A model generated the notes under the pieces. The model saw only the letters and a program-made list of their open reading frames with translations, made no database searches and was not told the DNA's origin. The position numbers were made by a program, and so were the translations under genes. From Nitrospiraceae bacterium (GTDB lineage: Bacteria > Nitrospirota > Nitrospiria > Nitrospirales > Nitrospiraceae), in the NCBI GenBank assembly GCA_050246315.1, contig JBFWWG010000003.1, positions 288,001 to 352,000 on the forward strand: DNA of 64,000 bases, given 5' to 3'. Below are positions 50,006-59,455 of the stretch, piece after piece. Within the stretch, counting starts at the first letter, position 1. Each line of letters begins with the position of its first letter.

Positions 50006-50767
50006 ATGATGTTGCGTCATTACCGCATGGTGGTCTGCGCTTGGTTGGGGATAGGACTTCTCTTCGGCTGCGCCGCCATGCCGGCGGCGCGAATCGACGC
50101 CTATCTTGGTCCGGACAGTGGGCGTATCGATGATCCGGGAATCGCCCAATCCGCCGTCCTCCCCGGCTCTCTTCTGAATGCCGGCTTGGTCGTCATCAAC
50201 GACACCACAACCCCCGAATCTGCGCCGACCCTATCAGAGGGCGCATTGCTCACGTTAACCGTTCAGATCCGTCACAGAATTGGCCAGACCTTGCCGATCG
50301 ATGTGACCAAGACCGTGCCCGCCACCGACTTGAGGCCCGGCGAGGATCGGGGCGCACTGGTTCGCCTCGCCGCAAGATCCGGACTCCGGTATCTCATCAT
50401 CGCCGTGGTCTCGAACGTCGAGACCTCGGCGCCCGTCATGTTTGAGGTCGTTGGTGGGAGCACCTCGGCTCGCGGGACCGCCGTTGACGTATTCACATTG
50501 ATGGAATTGGCCCTGCTGGACAGCGAAACTGGACAGGTCTTGGTCAGGGGTCACGGAAGAGATCGCGCCCGACTAAATCACCTGAACGACCAGGATGGGT
50601 CGAATGAATACCCGGTCATCGTGCGGTCGATCGGAACGAGGGAATCGCCCTCGGCCGGAAGCACTCCCCGCGAGGCGCTCTATCTCACCGCAGCCTCCGA
50701 CGCGTTGGATCAGGCTCTCCTCCGTTTCAGCGAGGCGTGGGAAGCACGACGCGCAAGAGGTGCATAG
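50006..50767 (+). CDS. Hypothetical lipoprotein
   Basis: Lipobox LLFGC after a hydrophobic stretch. Confidence 0.65.
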   Translation: MMLRHYRMVVCAWLGIGLLFGCAAMPAARIDAYLGPDSGRIDDPGIAQSAVLPGSLLNAGLVVINDTTTPESAPTLSEGALLTLTVQIRHRIGQTLPIDVTKTVPATDLRPGEDRGALVRLAARSGLRYLIIAVVSNVETSAPVMFEVVGGSTSARGTAVDVFTLMELALLDSETGQVLVRGHGRDRARLNHLNDQDGSNEYPVIVRSIGTRESPSAGSTPREALYLTAASDALDQALLRFSEAWEARRARGA

Positions 50768-51063
50768 CATGTGCTCCCGAACTCGTTCCGTCTCTGGCGG
50801 AACCCGGCTGGGGTCGTTGCCCGACTTGGCCGGTCTCGCAGTGATCCCTCACGGTCTATTTCGAACCTCCTGAGTTCATTCAACCGCTCCCCCCACCAAG
50901 CCCGCATCACGGTTCTCCATGAGCGGGCCGAACAGTCGGCCTCCTCAACTCGTGGCGACCAATTTCCTCGCCTTGCAGTTCCCTGAATTCATCTGATATT
51001 CTTCGTGTTCCTTTCACAGGCACTGGTTTCTCTACCTGACAGATCGATTCGAAGGAGTGGCAT

Positions 51064-52617
51064 ATGGCCGGCATAGAGCGGGCGTTGATCAGCGTGTCTG
51101 ACAAGACTGGAATAGTCGAACTGGCCACGGGGTTGGAGGCACTCGGCGCGGAGATTCTTTCGACCGGCGGCACCGCCAAGACGCTTCGCGAGGCGGGCGT
51201 GAAGGTGGTCGATGTGGCCGCCTACACCGGATCGCCGGAGATTCTCGACGGCCGCGTCAAGACGCTCCATCCCAAGATTCACGGGGGACTCCTGGGCCGA
51301 CGCAGTCTGCCGGCGCATATCGAGCAGATGCGACAGCACCAGATCGGTCCGATCGACGTGCTCGTGGTGAACCTCTATCCGTTTGAAGCGACGATTGCCA
51401 AGCCCCAATGCTCCTTTGACGAGGCCATTGAAAACATCGATATCGGCGGCCCCTCGATGCTGCGGTCGGCAGCCAAGAACCATGAAGACGTGCTGGTGGT
51501 TGTCGATCCCACGGATTACCCGCGCGTGTTGGAGGCGGCGGGACGCGGATCGGTACCTTCATCCCTCCGGCGCGAACTCGCCTTGAAAGTCTTTCAACAC
51601 ACCGCCCGCTACGACAGCCTGATCGCCGGCTATCTCGAACGGCAGATGCAGGGAGCCGAGACGAAGTTTCCGGCCCTATTGTCGTTGCAATTTGAGCGGG
51701 CCGAAACGCTCCGCTACGGCGAGAATCCGCACCAACAGGGCGCGTTTTACCGTGATCTTCAATCCAAGGAAGCCTCGGTCTCGCGCGGGAAGATCCTGCA
51801 CGGCAAGGCGATGTCCTACAATAATTTCCTCGATGCAAATGCCGCGCTGGAACTGGTGAAAGAATTCGATCAGACTGCGGTCTCAATCATCAAGCACAAC
51901 AATCCCTGCGGCGCCGCACTGGGCGCCACGCCGGTCGAAGCCTACGTGAAGGCGCGCGAAACGGACCCGGTCTCGGCGTTTGGCGGCGTGATCGCGTTCA
52001 ATCGGCCGGTCGATCTGGCCGCCGCGAAGGAGATCACCTCCACGTTCGTGGAGGTGGTCATCGCGCCAAGCTTCGCCGAGGACGCCTTGGCCGAGTTGAA
52101 GCGCAAAAAGGATATCCGGCTCTTGGAAGTGGGGCCGCTCCGCAAAGCGGGTCCCGAAGGCTACGACCTCAAAAAACTGGTCGGCGGGCTGATCGTTCAG
52201 GATCGCGATCTGGGTATGCTCTCCGACATCAAGGCCTTGGCTGTCCCGACGGTGCGTAAACCGTCGGAAGAGGAGTATCGGGCGGCCAGCTTCGCCTGGA
52301 TCGTGTGCAAGCACGTCAAGTCCAATGCCATCGTCTATGTCAGGCCGGGACAGACGGTCGGTATCGGGGCCGGGCAGATGAGTCGCGTGGATTCGGTGAA
52401 ACTCGCCGGCATGAAGGCGCAATTGCCCGTGAAGGGCTGCGTCATGGCCTCGGACGCCTTCTTCCCGTTCCGCGACGGCCTGGATGCCGCTGCCCAGGCG
52501 GGCATCACCTGCGTGATCCAACCAGGCGGGTCGATTCGCGACAGCGAGGTCATCAAGGCAGCCGACGAACAGGGGATGGCGATGATTCTGACCGGGATGC
52601 GCCACTTCCGCCACTGA
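51064..52617 (+). CDS. purH: Bifunctional AICAR transformylase/IMP cyclohydrolase
   Basis: RALISVSDK, GRVKTLHP, IDIGGP, LRYGENPHQ, KHNNPCG, ASDAFFPF, RHFRH. Confidence 0.98.
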   Translation: MAGIERALISVSDKTGIVELATGLEALGAEILSTGGTAKTLREAGVKVVDVAAYTGSPEILDGRVKTLHPKIHGGLLGRRSLPAHIEQMRQHQIGPIDVLVVNLYPFEATIAKPQCSFDEAIENIDIGGPSMLRSAAKNHEDVLVVVDPTDYPRVLEAAGRGSVPSSLRRELALKVFQHTARYDSLIAGYLERQMQGAETKFPALLSLQFERAETLRYGENPHQQGAFYRDLQSKEASVSRGKILHGKAMSYNNFLDANAALELVKEFDQTAVSIIKHNNPCGAALGATPVEAYVKARETDPVSAFGGVIAFNRPVDLAAAKEITSTFVEVVIAPSFAEDALAELKRKKDIRLLEVGPLRKAGPEGYDLKKLVGGLIVQDRDLGMLSDIKALAVPTVRKPSEEEYRAASFAWIVCKHVKSNAIVYVRPGQTVGIGAGQMSRVDSVKLAGMKAQLPVKGCVMASDAFFPFRDGLDAAAQAGITCVIQPGGSIRDSEVIKAADEQGMAMILTGMRHFRH

Positions 52618-52750
52618 CTGTCGGCTTCTGAACATGGCCACTCGCTTCCTTCTTGGTCGTTCGTTCACCTCGACGTACACAACCACGTACGCCTCGGCGC
52701 CCGAACTCCCTGCGACCTTGCTGCTGGACCATGTTGAGAAGCCGGCGGAG
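52618..52750. repeat. Intact ~130-nt REP-like palindromic element
   Basis: Outer arms CTGTCGGCTTCTGAACATGG / CCATGTTGAGAAGCCGGCGG; inner GACGTAC..GTACGCC hairpin. Confidence 0.7.
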
Positions 52751-52788
52751 ACATTCGCTTCCAGATCAACTCGGAAGCCATCACACAG

Positions 52789-54081
52789 ATGAAGATCTTG
52801 GTGGTCGGGAGCGGCGGCCGCGAACATGCGATGGTGTGGAAGCTCGCGCAGAGTTCCCGGGTGACTCGTCTCTACTGCGCCCCCGGGAACGGCGGAATCG
52901 CGCAACAGGCCACCTGCGTCCCCATCGCCACGGAGGATGTGCCTGGCCTCAAAGCCTTTGTCCAGCGAGAAGGGATCGACCTGACGGTCGTCGGTCCTGA
53001 AGCACCGCTGGCCGCCGGCATCGCGGATGAATTCCGCAAGGCGAAGCTGAAAATTTTCGGGCCGACCGCGTTGGCCGCCCAAGTCGAATCCAGCAAAATC
53101 TTCACGAAAGACCTCCTGACCAGTCAACGGATTCCAACCGCCCGTGCCCAGTCCTTCGATCGGGTGCTCCCGGCCCTGGACTATCTGCGCACGCAGCCGC
53201 TCCCGATTGTCATCAAGGCCGATGGGCTGGCACAGGGCAAAGGGGTGGTGGTCGCGACGACGAGCGCACAAGCTGAAAACGCCGTGCGCGACATTCTGGA
53301 ACGTCACCTGTTCGGAGGCGCCGGCCAGCGGGTGCTGATCGAACAGTTCCTCAACGGCGAGGAACTCACGGTCATGGCCTTTACCGACGGCAAGACCGTC
53401 GTCCCGATGCTGCCGGCCCAGGATCATAAACGAGTAGGGGACGGCGACACCGGACCCAATACCGGCGGCATGGGTGCCTATGCCCCGGCGCCACTCGGGA
53501 GCGGCGCATTGCTCGACATGGTACAGCGCACGGTGCTGCAACCGACCGTGGATGCGCTCTCACGCATGGGCCGTCCGTTTCAGGGCGTGCTCTATGCGGG
53601 CTTGATGATCGTGAAGGGCGAGCCCTATGTGCTAGAGTTCAATGCGCGCATGGGCGATCCGGAAACCCAGGCGGTGCTCCCCCTGTTGAAGACCGATCTC
53701 TTGGACATCATCGAGGCCGTGGTCGAACACCGGCTGGACCAATGTCGGATCGACTGGCATCCGCTGACGGCCGTCTGCGTCGTCCTGACGTCGGGCGGCT
53801 ATCCCGGTGCATACCGGAACGGCTATCCGATTACCGGTCTCGCAGCCACATCCGCCGGACCGGATGGGAGTGGCGACACGATCATCTTCCATGCCGGCAC
53901 GAACCGCACGGAAGGATCGCTCGTCACCGCAGGCGGACGCGTGTTGGGGGTGACGGGCTTGGGACCGGCGCTGCTGGAGGCACGGGAGCGGGCCTATGCC
54001 GCCATCCAGCCGATTCAATTCGACGGTTGCCATTTCCGAACCGACATCGCCATGCGGGCACTTGGCCAATTGCGAGTGTAA
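52789..54081 (+). CDS. purD: Phosphoribosylamine-glycine ligase
   Basis: GSGGREHA, VVGPE.PL, KADGLA.GKGV, QDHKR..DGD.GPNTGGMGAY, EFNARMGDPE. Confidence 0.98.
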   Translation: MKILVVGSGGREHAMVWKLAQSSRVTRLYCAPGNGGIAQQATCVPIATEDVPGLKAFVQREGIDLTVVGPEAPLAAGIADEFRKAKLKIFGPTALAAQVESSKIFTKDLLTSQRIPTARAQSFDRVLPALDYLRTQPLPIVIKADGLAQGKGVVVATTSAQAENAVRDILERHLFGGAGQRVLIEQFLNGEELTVMAFTDGKTVVPMLPAQDHKRVGDGDTGPNTGGMGAYAPAPLGSGALLDMVQRTVLQPTVDALSRMGRPFQGVLYAGLMIVKGEPYVLEFNARMGDPETQAVLPLLKTDLLDIIEAVVEHRLDQCRIDWHPLTAVCVVLTSGGYPGAYRNGYPITGLAATSAGPDGSGDTIIFHAGTNRTEGSLVTAGGRVLGVTGLGPALLEARERAYAAIQPIQFDGCHFRTDIAMRALGQLRV

Positions 54082-54106
54082 ACCTGGGGGAACCCGCCGA
54101 CTCATC

Positions 54107-54766
54107 GTGTCACTTCTCAATTGTGTTCACGGCCTCTCACCGGCGCACCTGACAGAGATCCGTGCCGTCATCCGTCGCGACGGCATCCTGGCCGCGGCGA
54201 CCGAAAGTTCCTATGCGCTGTGCGGCTCGCCCTGGAGCGAGGCTGCGGCCGCACGGATCCACCGGCTCAAAGGGAGGCCCCCGGACAAACCGTTGCTCGT
54301 GCTCATTCATCGCCGGGAGGAGCTGGCGCGTCTGGCGGCGGACATTCCGGAATCGGCCCGCCTTCTCATGCGCGAGTGCTGGCCCGGTCCACTGACGGTG
54401 GTCCTCCCGGCTCACTCCTCATTGCCGTCGGGGCTGACCGCCGACACGCAGACCATCGGTATTCGTTGGCCCGACTACCGCCCGCTGGTCCCGTTGTTGG
54501 ACGCTGTGGGGCCACTGACCGGAACGAGCGCCAACCGATCGGGGCGTGCACCGCTCACCGAGGCGCAGGCCGTCCAGGATGAGTTCGGCGCCGACCTCGA
54601 TGCCGTTCTGGATATGGGGCCGGCCCCAGGAGCAGCTCCCTCGACGGTCGTCCACGTCGAGGCCGGCGCCGTACGGCTGCTTCGAGCCGGACCAGTCACA
54701 GCCAGCCGTCTCAGAAGCTTGCTGGGCCCGGCCGGGATTCCGTTGATTGTTGAGGCATGCAGATGA
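54107..54766 (+). CDS. tsaC: Threonylcarbamoyl-AMP synthase (TsaC/YrdC)
   Basis: TESSYAL, LKGRP..KPL, WPGPLT, TSANRSG, PSTVV; start uncertain. Confidence 0.88.
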   Translation: MSLLNCVHGLSPAHLTEIRAVIRRDGILAAATESSYALCGSPWSEAAAARIHRLKGRPPDKPLLVLIHRREELARLAADIPESARLLMRECWPGPLTVVLPAHSSLPSGLTADTQTIGIRWPDYRPLVPLLDAVGPLTGTSANRSGRAPLTEAQAVQDEFGADLDAVLDMGPAPGAAPSTVVHVEAGAVRLLRAGPVTASRLRSLLGPAGIPLIVEACR

Positions 54767-54833
54767 CCAGGCTTGGATATGGACCAACTCGCACCGTGAT
54801 TCCGGGATCACACGACACACGAGAGGAGGAGAG

Positions 54834-55268
54834 ATGAGCACGTTGCCCAGCGGCGGTTGGACCTGGTCGCGAATTCTCACACCGGTCAGTCTCAGCATTC
54901 TGTTGTTGGCGATCACGGGCTGCGAGTGGTGGCCGCCAGCCCTGCAATCTCAGATCGAACAGCTCAAGACCGATCTGCAGACCTTGACTGCGGAACGCAC
55001 CAGGCTCGAACAGCAGGTCTCCGCCCTCACACGCGCACGTGAGGACCTCCAGACCCGGGTGGACCAATTAGTGCAGGTCAATAGAGAACGGGGGGCCATG
55101 GTCGCTGAGCTGGAGCGGTCACTGAAAGCCGCTCGCCAGCAGAAGGCAGCCCCGGCGAAAGCCGCCAGCCTCAAGTCCAAGACCAGCGGCCTCACCAAGC
55201 CCAAGACGACCACGCAGAAGTTGACAAAGAAAAAGTCCGCGGAGACCAAATCAAAGGCCCGCCCCTGA
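54834..55268 (+). CDS. Coiled-coil lipoprotein with Lys-rich tail
   Basis: RBS GAGGAGGAG, lipobox ITGC, heptad region, K/T-rich C-terminus. Confidence 0.7.
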   Translation: MSTLPSGGWTWSRILTPVSLSILLLAITGCEWWPPALQSQIEQLKTDLQTLTAERTRLEQQVSALTRAREDLQTRVDQLVQVNRERGAMVAELERSLKAARQQKAAPAKAASLKSKTSGLTKPKTTTQKLTKKKSAETKSKARP

Positions 55269-55310
55269 TGAGGGGGCACACCGCAACCCCTGAGAAAGAT
55301 GGTGCGGCCA

Positions 55311-55685
55311 CTAGCCGGAGGAAGAGGAGGCGGGGGACGAACTTCCACCCGTGGGTGCCGTCGTTCCGCTGGACCCTGACGAAGCCGACGTAGAGGTCGA
55401 GGGCGCCGTCGTCCCGCCCGATGGTGCGGCAGTCTCGCTGCCTGTGGCCGGCTTGGCAGGCGTCGCGGCATTACCCTCACCTTTACCATTCTCGGAGGGC
55501 TTCAGCTTGTTAGAGTAGTCCGTGATGTACCACCCGCTGCCCTTAAACATAATGGCGGGTGAGGAGATCACTTTGTTCACAGCATGGCCGCACCGTTCAC
55601 ACGACACAATCGGCGGGTCGCTCACCCGCTGTTTCACTTCAAATCGATAGTCACAGCCTTGGCAGAGATACTCGTAAATCGGCAC
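55311..55685 (-). CDS. FmdB-family zinc-ribbon protein
   Basis: MPIYEYLC..C...C..CG...FKGSGWY.TDY with Ser/Thr-rich tail. Confidence 0.9.
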   Translation of the reverse strand: MPIYEYLCQGCDYRFEVKQRVSDPPIVSCERCGHAVNKVISSPAIMFKGSGWYITDYSNKLKPSENGKGEGNAATPAKPATGSETAAPSGGTTAPSTSTSASSGSSGTTAPTGGSSSPASSSSG

Positions 55686-55817
55686 GGGTCTCCTCCCTCA
55701 TGACGGCACCGCTTCACCCGAAACGATAACACCCTTCTGCCCGAAATCAAGTCCGGCCTTCCCCGTCGTGATTCTTGGGCCGCTTGGACAAATTCGCTCC
55801 AGAGGACCGCGGCGCGA

Positions 55818-57014
55818 TCAACGACTCAGATTCTGGAGAGTCGCCTCCATACGGTCCAATCCGCGGGTGATCGCGTCGAGCCCGGTGGCATAGGACAGGC
55901 GGATATGGCCCTGACTCCCGAACGGTTCGCCCGGGACTACCGCAATTTGGGCCGCCTTCAAGAGATGTTGAGCCACATCACTGGGGGTCCGGAGCAGGGT
56001 GCTACCGGCATGGGCGCCAAGCACACCGGTGATATTGGGAAAGGCGTAGAAGGCTCCGGTGGGTAATCGGCAATGGACCCCCGGCATCTTGTTGAGCCGC
56101 TCAACCATCACCCGCCGCCTCCGTTCGAATTCCTTCACCATCCCGTTCACAAACTGAGCGCCGGTGTGCAGTGCCGCCACCGCGGCCTTCTGCGAGATCG
56201 AGCAGGGGTTCGAGGTGCTTTGGCTCTGAATATTGGCCATGGCCGTGATCAGCTCTTTCGGACCGGCCGCATACCCGATTCGCCAGCCGGTCATGGCAAA
56301 CGACTTGCTCACGCCGTTGATGACGACCGTGCGGGAAGCCACCTCGGGGCTCAGACTGGCAGCGCTGACGTGCCGCACACCGTCATAGATGATTTTCTCA
56401 TAGATCTCGTCGGAAATGATGAGGAGATCGTGGCGGCAGGCCACCTCCGCAATCGCATCAAGCGTGCGCCGGGCATAGGTGGCCCCAGTAGGATTGTTCG
56501 GCGTATTCACGACGATGGCTTTCGTCCGCGACGTGACGAGCGAATCGAGTTGTTGCTCGTCGATTGCGTACCCATCCGCTTCGCACGTCTTCAGGAACAC
56601 CGGCGTCCCATCGTTCAACAGCACCTGGTCCTGATAAGAGACCCAAAACGGCGCGGGAATGATGACTTCGTCGCCGGCTTCGATGAGCGCCTCGAAGAGG
56701 TTGTACAGCGAATGTTTGGCACCGCACGAAACCAATATCTGCGCTCGCTCATAGGACAGCCCGTGTTCGGCGCGTAAGGTGTCGGCGATCGCCCCACGCA
56801 ACTCGTCGATGCCGGAGGAGGGCGTGTATTTCGTGAAGCCGTCCGTCATGGCAGCGTTCGCCGCCTCCTTGACCGGCTGCGGCGTATCGAAATCGGGCTC
56901 TCCGGAGGCAAAATCGATCACATCGACGCCTTGCGCGGCCATGGATTTCGCCAGAGCGGTGATGGCCAGCGTCGGGGAGGGGAGCACCCGAGCGGCACGA
57001 GCAGCGAGCTTCAT
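55818..57014 (-). CDS. Class I PLP-dependent (aspartate) aminotransferase
   Basis: GEPDFDTP, NTPNNPTG, SDEIYE, GVSKSFAMTGWRIGY. Confidence 0.93.
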   Translation of the reverse strand: MKLAARAARVLPSPTLAITALAKSMAAQGVDVIDFASGEPDFDTPQPVKEAANAAMTDGFTKYTPSSGIDELRGAIADTLRAEHGLSYERAQILVSCGAKHSLYNLFEALIEAGDEVIIPAPFWVSYQDQVLLNDGTPVFLKTCEADGYAIDEQQLDSLVTSRTKAIVVNTPNNPTGATYARRTLDAIAEVACRHDLLIISDEIYEKIIYDGVRHVSAASLSPEVASRTVVINGVSKSFAMTGWRIGYAAGPKELITAMANIQSQSTSNPCSISQKAAVAALHTGAQFVNGMVKEFERRRRVMVERLNKMPGVHCRLPTGAFYAFPNITGVLGAHAGSTLLRTPSDVAQHLLKAAQIAVVPGEPFGSQGHIRLSYATGLDAITRGLDRMEATLQNLSR

Positions 57015-57496
57015 GATCTGCTCCGTAATCGTTCCTGGAGTCGCCGCGCCACGTCGGGATGGAGAAACTTGTTAAGATCTCCGCCGTGACGGCCAACATC
57101 CTTGATGAGGCTTGAGGTCAAGTAGGAATATTCTTCACGCGGCATGAAAAACACCGTCTCGATCGAGCTGTCCAACTTCCGATTGACGAGCGCCATCTGA
57201 AACTCATATTCGAAATCCGAGATCGCGCGCAGGCCTCGGATCACCGCCCGTGCTCCCATGCGGCGGACAAATTCCACCAGCAGCCCCTCAAAGCTCGTCA
57301 CCTGTACACCGGGGAGTTCTTTGGTGACCAACCGGACCATCTCGATCCGCTCCTCTAGGGTAAACAACGGCCGCTTGGTAGGATTGGGCGCGACGGCGAC
57401 CATCACCTGGTCAAACACGGAGAGACTCCGCGCGATGATATCCGCATGTCCATGGGTGATCGGATCGAACGTGCCTGCATAGATACCGAGTTTCAT
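57011..57496 (-). CDS. coaD: Phosphopantetheine adenylyltransferase
   Basis: YAGTFDPITHGH, IRGLRAISDFEYE. Confidence 0.97.
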   Translation of the reverse strand: MKLGIYAGTFDPITHGHADIIARSLSVFDQVMVAVAPNPTKRPLFTLEERIEMVRLVTKELPGVQVTSFEGLLVEFVRRMGARAVIRGLRAISDFEYEFQMALVNRKLDSSIETVFFMPREEYSYLTSSLIKDVGRHGGDLNKFLHPDVARRLQERLRSRS

Positions 57497-58077
57497 GCGA
57501 ACTCCGCCCGCGCGATCGGTGAGGAGTTCTCCAGACCATAGAGCGTGACCGCAGTATCCCCATATCGATACGTCCGTGATCGGGTCAACAGGCCAAAGAG
57601 CACCGGCGGTATGACGCCCTGATCATGTTCGAGCGCCACCATGCCGTGAGGTCCCAGGAGCCGCGGAGGAAACTGGGCCGCCAGCCTGATAACCTCCTCT
57701 GTTGCGCGGTAGGGCGGATCGGCCAGCACAAGGTGGAACGGGGGCAGGGTCTCAGGCGCACGCGAGAGAAAGGTTTCCACACGACGCACGTGGACCTCCA
57801 CACTGTCCGTCAACGCACAGGCCTGTAGATTCTCACGGATGAGGCGGATTGAGAGAGGATTGGCTTCGACAAATGTAACGTGGGCGGCCCCTCGGCTGAG
57901 TGCTTCAATCCCCAGGGCTCCGCTGCCGGCATAGAGGTCGAGGACCCGCGCTCCTTCCACTCTCTCACCGAGAATTGAGAAGAGAGCTTCCTTGACCCGA
58001 TCGGTGGTCGGCCGAATCACCAGCCCCTTAAGGGCCTTGAGCCGGCGCCCTTTTCGCTTACCTGCAATTACCCGCAC
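57493..58077 (-). CDS. rsmD: 16S rRNA m2G966 methyltransferase
   Basis: MRVIAG..KGR.L, RPTTDRVKEALF, LDLYAGSG.LGIEALSRGA, DPPY. Confidence 0.95.
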   Translation of the reverse strand: MRVIAGKRKGRRLKALKGLVIRPTTDRVKEALFSILGERVEGARVLDLYAGSGALGIEALSRGAAHVTFVEANPLSIRLIRENLQACALTDSVEVHVRRVETFLSRAPETLPPFHLVLADPPYRATEEVIRLAAQFPPRLLGPHGMVALEHDQGVIPPVLFGLLTRSRTYRYGDTAVTLYGLENSSPIARAEFA

Positions 58078-58335
58078 GCCAGGACCGCTTATCTTGAGAG
58101 GACTCTAACACACGGATTTTCGGGGGGTCAAGGCAAGGGCGACCGGAACGAGGGTCTCTGTTGCACAGAGCCCGTGCACCGGCTGGCGAGGAGGCGTTTT
58201 GACGGACTTTACAAGGATTGTCTATAATCAGCCCGCGCACCAACCGGAGATCAGCCGCGACCGGTGAACGACTACGGGTCGATCATCAGCCGGCTGAGCA
58301 GCGGCCAGCGCGCGAGGATTGGGCACGATGGCAAA

Positions 58336-58509
58336 TCAACGAGTCGCGGCAGGCTGCACTTCTCGCAGCGTCAGGCTCTTTTTCCGATTCGCGGCAATGG
58401 TGCGATCAATGATGGCACCGCAATTGATGCATTTCCATGCGTAGAAGATAAGAAAGAAGTCGGAGAACCGTTCGAGCATCATGAGCCCTTTGCACTTCGG
58501 ACATTCCAT
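58336..58509 (-). CDS. 57-aa zinc-ribbon-like small protein (absent from the ORF track)
   Basis: Manual translation MECPKCKGLMMLERFSDFFLIFYAWKCINCGAIIDRTIAANRKKS...; RBS AGGAGG. Confidence 0.8.
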   Translation of the reverse strand: MECPKCKGLMMLERFSDFFLIFYAWKCINCGAIIDRTIAANRKKSLTLREVQPAATR

Positions 58510-58555
58510 GGGAGCCTCCTCAGCTCAGTGCGTTGCGCGATGGACGCGCCAGGGA

Positions 58556-58602
58556 AGCAAGTCACGAACCAGCATGAACAATATAATTTTATCAACTAGT
58601 TA
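58556..58602 (-). promoter_or_regulatory. Putative sigma-54 promoter with adjacent IHF site
   Basis: Minus strand TGGTTCGTGACTTGCT (GG-N10-GC); TATCAACTAGTTA at 58590-58602 matches WATCAANNNNTTR. Confidence 0.55.
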
Positions 58603-58694
58603 TATATTTGTTGTCGGATCTGGTGCACACAGAGTGCTCAACTTTATCCAAGGCCACTGTACAAAAACGTTCACCGGGAGAGGATGAGACTTCG

Positions 58695-59423
58695 GTGTCC
58701 GGAGTAGGGAAGTTCAAGACGACCGTCCTCCGTATCTGCGAATGGCCTGAACGGGAACGGCCACGGGAACGGTTGCTGCGGGACGGCGCTGACAGTCTCA
58801 CGGATGCTCAACTGCTGGCCATCGTATTGCGCGTCGGTCGGCGCCAGGCCTCAGCTGTCGAGGTAGCGTTGGATCTGCTATCTCGCACTGACGGGCTTCA
58901 AGGCATTAGCCGGATGGGGGCGGATGCGCTCTGTCGCATACCTGGTATCGGGCCGGCCAAAACCGCACAACTGAAGGCGGCGATCGAACTCGGCAAACGC
59001 GCGCTGGCACAACCGCTGTCGACCGGACAGCCGATTCGTTCCAGCGGGGACGTGTTCCACGCGTATGCGTCCCAGCTCCGGGATCTTCGGCATGAAACGT
59101 TCCGACTCCTGTTGCTCGACGCCAAGCATGCGCTGATTCGAGAGACCGTCATTTCGGAAGGCACCTTGACCGCGAGTCTCGTTCACCCGCGGGAAGTGTT
59201 TTCCGTGGCAGTCCGGGAGTCCGCTGCGGCCGTTATATGCGTACACAACCACCCCAGCGGAGACCCCACACCCAGCGCCGAGGACCGAACCTTGACGCGG
59301 CGGCTCCAGGACGCCGGCGAAGTGCTGGGCATCCCGGTCTTGGATCATGTCGTGATCGGCGACGGGCGCTACGTTAGCTTTGCCGATCGAGGATGGATGG
59401 AGGAGAGGACCGTGGCCATGTAA
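58695..59423 (+). CDS. radC: RadC/JAB-domain protein
   Basis: ERPRERL, GIGPAK..QL.A..ELG, VHPREVF, HNHPSGDP.PS.ED, LDHVVIG; start uncertain. Confidence 0.93.
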   Translation: MSGVGKFKTTVLRICEWPERERPRERLLRDGADSLTDAQLLAIVLRVGRRQASAVEVALDLLSRTDGLQGISRMGADALCRIPGIGPAKTAQLKAAIELGKRALAQPLSTGQPIRSSGDVFHAYASQLRDLRHETFRLLLLDAKHALIRETVISEGTLTASLVHPREVFSVAVRESAAAVICVHNHPSGDPTPSAEDRTLTRRLQDAGEVLGIPVLDHVVIGDGRYVSFADRGWMEERTVAM

Positions 59424-59455
59424 CCCTCGTGTTGATGGAACGAAAGGAGGACCGC

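Noticed and set aside
50770..51060. Possible ZTP (pfl) riboswitch upstream of purH
   Set aside because: The expected GACTGGCG...GGGAGC and CGCCTGGGC motifs were not found
51883..53541. 552-aa antisense ORF and similar shadow ORFs (e.g. 15063-16115)
   Set aside because: Antisense to well-conserved genes in GC-rich DNA, with no recognisable motifs
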